A program made the translations under genes and the position numbers. The notes under the pieces were generated by a model, which did no database searches, was not told the DNA's origin, and saw only the letters and a list, made by a program, of their open reading frames with translations. From NCBI GenBank assembly GCA_963713975.1, contig OY970218.1:3200001-3264000 (forward strand): a stretch of 64,000 nt of DNA, given 5' to 3'. The stretch is from an uncultured Chloroflexia bacterium (GTDB lineage: Bacteria; Chloroflexota; Limnocylindria; Limnocylindrales; CSP1-4). This document shows positions 1 through 10,189 of this stretch, in pieces (position 1 is the stretch's first letter; each line of letters starts with the position of its first letter).

Positions 1-1783
1 GGACGATGCTGCCACCCGCGTCCGTCCCGTCCCGCGTGATCCGGCCGTCGAGCTCGCCGTTGCCCAGCGGGCCCTTGTACGGCTTCGCGGACGTGTACTT
101 CTCGGACACGTACGCGTTGACCGCATCGAGCATGTCGCCCCAGTACGTGATGTTGGTCATGTACTTGAACGCGGCGTAGTTGTCACCGCCCGCCGGGGCG
201 AGGAACTCGTTCGTCCCCACCCGGTATGTCTTGTCCAGCTGGATGGGTTTGCACTTGCTGGAGGCCTGGTCGCCCACGCAGTAGTCGAAGGCGCCCCACG
301 CGTACGTGTACGGGCTCGCGGAGGTGCCGGGAAGGTTCACGGAATCCGTGTAGCGGTAGAAGGAGTAGCGCAGCCCCGCCGGCTGGATGGCTCCCTTGTT
401 CAGGGTCGCCGCCTGGTTCAGCACCTGCACGATCTGGGCGCCCGTCATGTCGCCCACGACGGTCGCGTTGCCAAACGGCAGGATCGTGAACATCTGGCCG
501 TAGTTGAGGAGCATCGGATCGTGCGACCAGACACCCGGCCCGCAGTCGGCGGCGTTGCTGCTCCAGATGAACTGGCCGGGGTTCGCGGGATCGGGGGCGT
601 CGCACCAGTCGGTGCGGATCCCGCCAGCGTTGTTGAGGAACAGGTCGACGTCGTTGTCCTTGGTCCCGTCGCTGTTGAGCGCCCCGTAGATGGCGTCATC
701 CACGAAGTCACCCATCATGCCGTCGCCGTTGTAGTTGCGCAGGAGGTCTGTCTGGGCGTAGCCCACCGGCGTGTTGACCAGCTCGACGTAGGCCGGGTCG
801 CTGGCGTAGGCGTCGATGACCGCCGCAATGGCGGGGTCGGGCGTGAGGGCGGCGAAGCCCGTCATGCGGGACCAGTTGATGCTCACGGCCTTGGTGTCGG
901 GGTCGAAGGTGAGGTCCGCCCGGCCGACGCTGCGGCCGTTGTAGTACGCCTGCACCACCGGCGTGGAGCCGACCATCGTTGCGGCCGCCAGGTTCGTGTG
1001 GCTGTGGCCGCCGATGATCAGGTTGGCGGGCTTGCCGGCGGCATTCAGCTTCGTCGCGAGGGTCTGGTCACCGTAGACCGGGATCCCGTAGCCATAGCCG
1101 CCGTCGGCATAGCCGAGGTGGCTGAGCACGACGATGACGTCGGCTGCCGCCTTCATGTCGGCGTAGTAGTGGAGGATCGAGTCGGCCGGATCCTTGAAGC
1201 ACAGCCCGGCCGTCGAAGTCGAGATGGTGATCGTTGGCGTCTCCGCCGTCGTCACGCCGATAAGCGCGACGCGCACGCCGTTGACCGTCTTGACCTCGAA
1301 GGCGGCATCGGCGAAGTCCGGCTTGGTCCAGCCGGAGCTCGCGCAGTCGCCCGCGTCCTTCTTGACGATGTTGGCCGTCACATACGGGTGGGTCGCCTGT
1401 GCCGTGCGGTCCGCAAGCACGGCCTGGCCCCAGTCGAACTCGTGGTTGCCGACGGTGGCGGCGGCATAGCCCATCGCGTTGAAGGCCGCGATCGTAGGGG
1501 CGCCCTTCTGGAGGTTCGAGAGCAGGCTGCCCTGCATCTCGTCACCGGCGTCGACGAGGAGCACGTTGTCGGCACCGACCGCGGTGCGAACGTCGTTGAC
1601 CGCGGTGGCGACACGTGCCATCCCCGGGTTGCTGCCCGACGCCTCCAGCTGTCCGTGGAAGTCGTTCGTGTGGAGGATCGTGAACGTGACCGGGCTGGCT
1701 GGTGCGGCCACCGCCGGGGCCGCGAAGACCGATGAGACGAGGGCCACGATGGACAGAAGCAGGATGGGCCGGGAACGTCTCAC
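1..1783 (-). CDS. Secreted bifunctional metallophosphatase / 5'-nucleotidase (3' end runs off the window)
   Basis: Not in ORF track because no stop lies in the window. Read by hand from GTG at 1783 after SD GGAGGTG: MRRSRPILLLSIVALVSSVFAAPAVA (signal peptide), then TILHTNDFHG, LVDAGDEMQG, GNHEFDWG calcineurin-like/5'-nucleotidase motifs. Confidence 0.9.
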   Translation of the reverse strand, partial: MRRSRPILLLSIVALVSSVFAAPAVAAPASPVTFTILHTNDFHGQLEASGSNPGMARVATAVNDVRTAVGADNVLLVDAGDEMQGSLLSNLQKGAPTIAAFNAMGYAAATVGNHEFDWGQAVLADRTAQATHPYVTANIVKKDAGDCASSGWTKPDFADAAFEVKTVNGVRVALIGVTTAETPTITISTSTAGLCFKDPADSILHYYADMKAAADVIVVLSHLGYADGGYGYGIPVYGDQTLATKLNAAGKPANLIIGGHSHTNLAAATMVGSTPVVQAYYNGRSVGRADLTFDPDTKAVSINWSRMTGFAALTPDPAIAAVIDAYASDPAYVELVNTPVGYAQTDLLRNYNGDGMMGDFVDDAIYGALNSDGTKDNDVDLFLNNAGGIRTDWCDAPDPANPGQFIWSSNAADCGPGVWSHDPMLLNYGQMFTILPFGNATVVGDMTGAQIVQVLNQAATLNKGAIQPAGLRYSFYRYTDSVNLPGTSASPYTYAWGAFDYCVGDQASSKCKPIQLDKTYRVGTNEFLAPAGGDNYAAFKYMTNITYWGDMLDAVNAYVSEKYTSAKPYKGPLGNGELDGRITRDGTDAGGSIV

Positions 1784-2007
1784 GGGGGCACCTCCGAGGA
1801 CGAGGGCACGCGGGGACGCACCTGACCCACCCTCTCCGTCGGTCAGCGCTGGGGTATGCACGGGACGCTAGTCCGTTGGCCGTCCGAAGTGCACGGCCGA
1901 ACGTCGGGCGAATCGTCCCCCATCGGCCCCACCCGGGACCCCACGGTGCGGCGGTGCACCGGTTTCCGCAATGTCCCGGTTGAGTGGCCGGGATCACCAT
2001 CACCGGC

Positions 2008-3684
2008 ATGACCTCCGACCTCCACCCCTCCGTCGCCGAGCGGCTACGCCGGCTGGCACCCGACCAGCGTGCCGCCGCCACCGCGCCTCCGGGGCCCGTC
2101 CTGTGTGTCGCCCCGGCCGGCAGCGGCAAGACCACCACGCTCGTGGCGCGGGTGGCCTGGTTGGTGGACCGCGGGGCGGATCCCGGGTCTGTGACCATCG
2201 TGGCCTTCAACAAGCGGGCCGCAGAGGAGCTCTCCGGGCGCCTCACGGCCGCCCTGACGCCGCTGGGCGTGGCTGCGGGCTCGGTGCGGGTGCGGACGTT
2301 CCACGCGCTGGGCCGGGAGATCCTGCGGGACGCCGGCGTCACGGTCGAGCCGCTGATGGACCGGGACGAGGTGCTGCGGGAGCTCATTCCGGGTGCCACG
2401 GCGGCGGATCGCGGCCGCCTGGACCTGGCGTTCTCCCGGCTCAAGCTCGACCTGCGGGTCACGGCGGACGACGTGGCGCGGGACCCGGCGCCGGGACCGG
2501 TCGCACGCGCGTTCATCGCCTACGAGGGCGCCGTCCGCGAGTCGGGCGGGGTGGACTTCGACGACCTCGTCGCCCGCTCGCTGGGCCGGCTCCGCGAGGA
2601 TCCCCGGCTCCTGGAGCGGTGGCGGTCGCGGACCGCGAACCTGCTGGTGGACGAGGCACAGGATCTGGACCGCTCGCAGCTGGACCTCGCCCTCCTGCTT
2701 GCGGCTCCCTCCAACGACGTGTTCCTGGTTGGTGACGACGACCAGACCGTCTACTCCTGGCGGCTTGCCGACGTGCGCAGGGTGCTGGGCCTGGCCGCGG
2801 CGCTGCCGGGCCTGCGGCGGGTGGACCTGGCCACCAACTACCGGTGTCCGCCGCCGGTCGTGGGGCGGGCGGTCCGGCTGGTCGAGCACAACCGCGAGCG
2901 GTTCGCGAAGCGGATCCTCGCAGGGTCCCGCGGCGGCGGGCGTCTCGTGCTGGCACCGGACGCCGCCGACGACGTTGTGCGGGTCCGACGCGCCATGGCG
3001 TCCTGGCCCGCCGACGAGTCGTCGCGCGCGGTCCTGGCGAGAACGAACCGGGAGCTCCTTGTTGCGGTGGTCGCCGCGGTCGAGCTGGGGCTCCCGTTCC
3101 GGGCCCCGGACCTCCCGCTCCCCATCCTGGACCCGCGGCTGGACGACCTGCTGGACCGGGCCGAGACGCGCGCGGCCGGCAGCCGCGACCCGTTGCGGGC
3201 GCTCGGTCGCCTGGGCCCGGTGCTTCGGGCGGCCGGCCTCGGGGCGCCGGCCGCGGTCGGAGCGCCGTCCGCGGACCCCGACCAGCCGTCCGAGCTCGAC
3301 CTCCTGACCACGCTCCTGGGCTGGGCGGCCGGCCACCGCGACCTCGCCACCCTCCGCACTGCGATCGCGGCCTGGCGGACGCGCCTCGCCGAGCTCCGCC
3401 GGGACGACGCCGCCCTGGCCCTGGCCACAGCGCACGGCACCAAGGGGCTCGAGTGGGACCACGTCCTAGTCCTTGCCGATGGGTTCCCGGGCCGCCGTGC
3501 GGTGAACGACGCGGTCGAGCCGGAACGCGCGCTGGAGGAGGAGCGCCGGCTCGCGTACGTCGCCTGGACCCGGGCGCGACGATCGCTCACCCTGCTGTTC
3601 GACCCGGAGGCGCCATCCCCGTTCATGACCGAGGCGTTCGATCCGGCGGAGCTGACGCCGCCGGATCCGGGACGGGCAACCTGA
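2008..3684 (+). CDS. ATP-dependent SF1 helicase, UvrD/Rep family (compact form)
   Basis: Motifs APAGSGKTT, LVDEAQD, VGDDDQTVYSWR, TNYRC, TAHGTKGLEW, EERRLAYVAWTRAR. ATG 2008 preferred over the ORF-track start 1984. Confidence 0.9.
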   Translation: MTSDLHPSVAERLRRLAPDQRAAATAPPGPVLCVAPAGSGKTTTLVARVAWLVDRGADPGSVTIVAFNKRAAEELSGRLTAALTPLGVAAGSVRVRTFHALGREILRDAGVTVEPLMDRDEVLRELIPGATAADRGRLDLAFSRLKLDLRVTADDVARDPAPGPVARAFIAYEGAVRESGGVDFDDLVARSLGRLREDPRLLERWRSRTANLLVDEAQDLDRSQLDLALLLAAPSNDVFLVGDDDQTVYSWRLADVRRVLGLAAALPGLRRVDLATNYRCPPPVVGRAVRLVEHNRERFAKRILAGSRGGGRLVLAPDAADDVVRVRRAMASWPADESSRAVLARTNRELLVAVVAAVELGLPFRAPDLPLPILDPRLDDLLDRAETRAAGSRDPLRALGRLGPVLRAAGLGAPAAVGAPSADPDQPSELDLLTTLLGWAAGHRDLATLRTAIAAWRTRLAELRRDDAALALATAHGTKGLEWDHVLVLADGFPGRRAVNDAVEPERALEEERRLAYVAWTRARRSLTLLFDPEAPSPFMTEAFDPAELTPPDPGRAT

Positions 3685-3699
3685 CGATAGACTCCCGCG

Positions 3700-4176
3700 A
3701 TGAGCCGACTTCCTGCCCTGGGTCCCCGCGGCGAGGGCTGGGTCGTGATCCAGTTCGTGCTCTTCGGGCTGATCGCGCTCGCCGGCCTGGCGGGGCCGGT
3801 GGTCACGGGCGCACCGCGTCTGGTCATGGCTGTAGGCGGCGCCGCGCTGCTGGCAGCGGGCCTGTACCTCGCCGCCCGAGGGCTCGTTGACCTGCGTGAC
3901 GCCCTGACCGCGCTCCCCCACCCCCGTGATGGTGCCCGGCTCGTGGACACCGGAGCCTACGCGAAGGTCCGCCACCCGATCTACGGGGGCCTCGCCCTGG
4001 GGGCCACCGGGTGGGCCCTGGTCACCGCGTCGCCGCTGGCGCTCGCTGGCGCAGCCGTGCTCCTGGTCTTCTTCCGCCTCAAGTCCGGGCGCGAGGAGCA
4101 ATGGCTGCGGGAGCGATACCCGACCTACGACGCCTACGCCGCTCACACCCGGCGGATGCTGCCGGGCATCTACTAG
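3700..4176 (+). CDS. Isoprenylcysteine carboxyl methyltransferase / PEMT-family membrane protein
   Basis: Hydrophobic helices with LVDTGAYAKVRHPIY and REEQWL...YDAY motifs. Confidence 0.85.
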   Translation: MSRLPALGPRGEGWVVIQFVLFGLIALAGLAGPVVTGAPRLVMAVGGAALLAAGLYLAARGLVDLRDALTALPHPRDGARLVDTGAYAKVRHPIYGGLALGATGWALVTASPLALAGAAVLLVFFRLKSGREEQWLRERYPTYDAYAAHTRRMLPGIY

Positions 4177-4192
4177 CCCTGCGACCCAACTG

Positions 4193-4543
4193 CTAGCCCT
4201 GCCCCGCGGCCTCGCGCCGGGCCAGGACCTTGAGCAGCTTGTCGATCGCCTCGAGGAACGGCTCCGTCAGCGCCGCCGGCATGGCGTCGCGAATCGAGTC
4301 CTTGGGGCCATACGCCGCCCGCGCCCGGAGGGCCACCCGTCGCAGGTCGACCACCTCGCCGTCCCGGAGGCGATCCGGCAACGGCTCCAGGTATGCGAGC
4401 CATCGGGTGACGCCGCGCTTGATCGCCTCGTCGAGCAGCCGGTCCGCGGCTCGGGCAGCCAGGAGGGCCGCCTCATCGATCTCCGGACGCTCGTGCCGCG
4501 CGGGTCCCTTCCGCCCCGCGGTCACCGGCCGGTCGGACGTCAC
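4193..4543 (-). CDS. Hypothetical helical protein (116 aa)
   Basis: C-terminal part of ORF 4193..5695. GTG at 4543 overlaps the upstream stop (GTGA), and composition is protein-like (EIDEAALLAARAADRLLDEAIKRG). Confidence 0.65.
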   Translation of the reverse strand: MTSDRPVTAGRKGPARHERPEIDEAALLAARAADRLLDEAIKRGVTRWLAYLEPLPDRLRDGEVVDLRRVALRARAAYGPKDSIRDAMPAALTEPFLEAIDKLLKVLARREAAGQG

Positions 4544-4974
4544 GAACCCGGCTGACCGTCGGGCGCCGCCTCTTCTGGGGCCCTGACCAGGACGAGGCCG
4601 AGACGCTTTCGCTCCGAGCCGTTGACCAGGATCCTGAACGAGTAGTCGCCGGGCGTCGGGAACGCCAGGTTCCAGAGGTCGATGCTGAAGGTGAGGATCG
4701 CATCGCGCCCATCCGGCTGGCTGTGGGCCACGAGGCTGCCGGTGGCGCCCGTGACCTCTGTGCCATCGGGATCCAGCAGCACGATCCGCAGCTCGTGCTC
4801 CCGCTCCGTCTCCGGCGATGTCACGACGAGCCCCACGACCAACGCGAGGTGCGGGTGACGAAGCGGGAAGGCGCGCCCGCCGATCCGGGTGATGCCGCCA
4901 CCGAGCACGTTGAACTTGTGACCGGGCTGGGTCTCGGCCGCATCGGCGAGGAAGGCGAAGTCGATCTCGGGCAT
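4540..4974 (-). CDS. Uncharacterised beta-rich protein (DUF6941-like)
   Basis: FAFLADAA...KFNVLGGGI...LAFPTPGDYSFRILVNG pattern recalled from DUF6941 proteins; own -10 TACCAT 6 nt before ATG. Confidence 0.7.
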   Translation of the reverse strand: MPEIDFAFLADAAETQPGHKFNVLGGGITRIGGRAFPLRHPHLALVVGLVVTSPETEREHELRIVLLDPDGTEVTGATGSLVAHSQPDGRDAILTFSIDLWNLAFPTPGDYSFRILVNGSERKRLGLVLVRAPEEAAPDGQPGS

Positions 4975-4995
4975 GGCTCGATGGTAGCCGGGCCG

Positions 4996-8082
<3,087 letters not shown>

Positions 8083-8112
8083 GAGGCGCAGTGTAGCCGG
8101 TCTCGGTCAAAT

Positions 8113-8126
8113 CGAACAACCGTTCA
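8113..8126. promoter_or_regulatory. LexA (SOS, Cheo-type) box over the uvrA promoter
   Basis: CGAAC-AACC-GTTCA matches GAAC-N4-GTTC and overlaps the expected -35 of a promoter whose -10 TACACT (8090-8095) lies 7 nt before the uvrA GTG. Confidence 0.8.
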
Positions 8127-8149
8127 CACGGACTGGTTCCGGGCCGGGC

Positions 8150-8307
8150 GTGCGTCGGACGCACCGTTTCGGGCGGCTGGCGCCACCCTCGCGCGTCACA
8201 CGCACGGGCAGGGCGGAATCGGGGCCCGGAGTCTCCGGGCGGGTCGGACCCGTGCCCCCGGCGCACGTCGGCGACGATCCGGCTCAGGAATCGTGCGTCG
8301 TGCGCAC
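8150..8307. repeat. Four-box palindromic intergenic element, copy A
   Basis: GTGCG-N5-CGCAC-type boxes at 8150, 8191, 8252, 8293 (spacing 41/61/41); same layout at 28538-28697. Confidence 0.75.
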
Positions 8308-8351
8308 GAGCAGGGCCGGTGCACGAGCAGGGCCGGTGCACGAGCAGGGCC
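8304..8351. repeat. 17-bp tandem repeat, about 3 copies (gcacgagcagggccggt)
   Basis: Units at 8304, 8321 and 8338 (last one partial). Confidence 0.9.
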
Positions 8352-8367
8352 AGCGGCCAGCGGCGGC

Positions 8368-8925
8368 TCAGCCCGCTGGCGACGCCGATGGCACCGCGAC
8401 GCTGTCCTGGCAGATCTTCCAGTCGCCACCCTCGCGGGTGAGGCGCAGGGACTGGTCGATCGGCACGTCCTGCCCGTAGGCCTCCAGCGTCTTGAGCAGG
8501 GCGTCCAGCTGGTCGTCGGTCATGGTGGGGCCCTGCTCGCCCAGCATCTCGCGCAGGATCGGGCGCATCGCCGCCGCGTCGAACGTGACCTTGAGCGTGC
8601 CCGTTACCGGCACCTCGGCCACGTCGCCGTCGATGGCGGCGTCGCCGATCTTCACGCCGCCGACGTCCAGGTTGACCGCGTCGACCAGCGCCTGCGTGTC
8701 GAGCCCCGGCAGCAGCTCCCCGCCGATGGCCCCCGGCAGCCCCAACTGGTCCCGGATCAGGTCCTCCTGGCCGGCGCACGCGAGCCCGCGCAGGCCGTCG
8801 ACGTCCTTGGCCGCCACGAGGGCCAGGGCCTTGTCGACGACGGCACCCGGACCGCCGTCAGCGGGCACCGACGCACAGCCGGTGGCCATCAGGAGGAGGG
8901 CGAAGACGAAGCCGATGGTGCGCAT
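8368..8925 (-). CDS. Hypothetical lipoprotein (NTF2-like/DUF4878-like)
   Basis: Signal peptide with lipobox LMATG|C, and C-terminal LRLTREGGDWKIC typical of NTF2-like lipoproteins. Confidence 0.75.
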   Translation of the reverse strand: MRTIGFVFALLLMATGCASVPADGGPGAVVDKALALVAAKDVDGLRGLACAGQEDLIRDQLGLPGAIGGELLPGLDTQALVDAVNLDVGGVKIGDAAIDGDVAEVPVTGTLKVTFDAAAMRPILREMLGEQGPTMTDDQLDALLKTLEAYGQDVPIDQSLRLTREGGDWKICQDSVAVPSASPAG

Positions 8926-8945
8926 GCCCGCACGGTACCCCCGGT

Positions 8946-9008
8946 GTCGGCATCACTGCCGCCGGCGTCGGCATCACTGCCGCCGGCGTCGGCATCACTG
9001 CCGCCGGC
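8946..9008. repeat. 21-bp tandem repeat x3 containing the upstream gene's stop codon
   Basis: gtcggcatcactgccgccggc at 8946, 8967, 8988; the third unit holds the TGA of the GNAT-fusion gene. Confidence 0.92.
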
Positions 9009-10182
9009 GCGGCCGGAACATCGCGTGGCGGTCCGGCAGGAAGCCGAGCTTCCGGTACCAAGGCTCGAGTCCTGGCGTCGCCGCGAGCGAGAAGCGCACG
9101 AGGTCCCGCCCGTCGGTCAGCAGGTGCATCATCCGCTCCCCCACCCCCACGCCATGGTAGGAGGGGTGCACGACGACCGTGGCAATCAGCGCGTTCTGCC
9201 CACCGTCCGTGATCGAGCGCGCCGTGCCGATGAGGCGCTCTCCGTCCCACGCGGTCGCGAACTCGGTGGTCCCGGCGAGCGCCCGCTCGAGCGACGCGGG
9301 CTCGGACGCCCGGAGGTCCCAGCCCACGGCGCGGAGCAGACCGACGACCTCGGCGGCCGGCGGGCGGCGGTCCATCACGATGGTCACGCGCTGGGCCGTA
9401 CCGTCGGCGCGGACGATCCGGCGCTCGAGCTCCCACAGGTGGTCGAAGCCATGCGCCTGCAGGCGGCGCAGGACCTTGGCCAGCGTCCACGTCTCGCCGT
9501 GGCGGTCTGCCGTCTCCGCTCCGCCGTCGGCCAGGCCGAGGGCATGCAGGCGCTCGATCACCCACGCCCTCGATCCCGCCAGCGCGTCCCGTGCCGGGAC
9601 TCCGTCCAGCGGCCCGTCGTACCTTCCCCCGGCGGGCAGCCTCCCGACCAGCCATGCCTCCGAACCAGCGACGTGCCCAAGCACCTCATCGCCCGTCCGC
9701 TCCCCGCGCGCCGTATCGACGGGTAGCGGCCCATGGACGGCCTCGAAGGCGTCGAGGCGGTCCGCCATCGCGAGCAGGTCCTCGCGAGCCCAGCCGAGCC
9801 TGCGGATCGCGTCGGCCGTGGCCTCCTGTGTCACGCGGCGCCGGTCCGCCGGCAGGGTGGCGTTCACCTCGTAGCCGTCCGCTTCCCGTCTCGCGGTCAC
9901 CTCTCCGGCGGCGTCGGGGCGCCAGATCCGCGGGATCCCCGCCTCGTCACCGTGCAGCTCCAGCCACTCGCGGACACGCGCGGTCGCCACGAGGGCACCG
10001 CTGAGGGCCCGATCCCTCGCGCCCGCGACGGCGAGCACGCCGGGCACGTCCGGAACCCACGCCGCGATCCGATCGCCGTCGTGGCCGTTCTCGAGCCACA
10101 CGGCCAGCGGGGCAAAGCCGTCCAGGGGCGGGGGCGGGCCGGCCCGGAGCTCCTCCGTGACGTCGGCCTCCTCGGTGGGCAT
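8995..10182 (-). CDS. HicB-like / DinB-like / GNAT acetyltransferase fusion protein
   Basis: N-terminal AAWVPDVPG (HicB-like), middle HVAGSEAW...WTLAKVLRRLQAHGFDH (DinB His triad), C-terminal VVVHPSYHGVGVG...WYRKLGF (GNAT). ATG 10182 lies 7 nt after the uvrB stop. Confidence 0.75.
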   Translation of the reverse strand: MPTEEADVTEELRAGPPPPLDGFAPLAVWLENGHDGDRIAAWVPDVPGVLAVAGARDRALSGALVATARVREWLELHGDEAGIPRIWRPDAAGEVTARREADGYEVNATLPADRRRVTQEATADAIRRLGWAREDLLAMADRLDAFEAVHGPLPVDTARGERTGDEVLGHVAGSEAWLVGRLPAGGRYDGPLDGVPARDALAGSRAWVIERLHALGLADGGAETADRHGETWTLAKVLRRLQAHGFDHLWELERRIVRADGTAQRVTIVMDRRPPAAEVVGLLRAVGWDLRASEPASLERALAGTTEFATAWDGERLIGTARSITDGGQNALIATVVVHPSYHGVGVGERMMHLLTDGRDLVRFSLAATPGLEPWYRKLGFLPDRHAMFRPRRRQ

Positions 10183-10189
10183 GGCGGTC

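Noticed and set aside
521-1735. Long antisense ORFs (also 6892-9726, 10157-13048, 17515-19605, 29753-33052, 56175-57929)
   Set aside because: Shadows of real genes on the opposite strand; stop codons are rare at this GC content and the products have no recognisable motifs.
8150-8351. CRISPR array interpretation of the boxed elements and short repeats
   Set aside because: Boxes are only 15 bp and degenerate, spacing alternates (41/61/41), there are four units, and no cas genes or leader are present.
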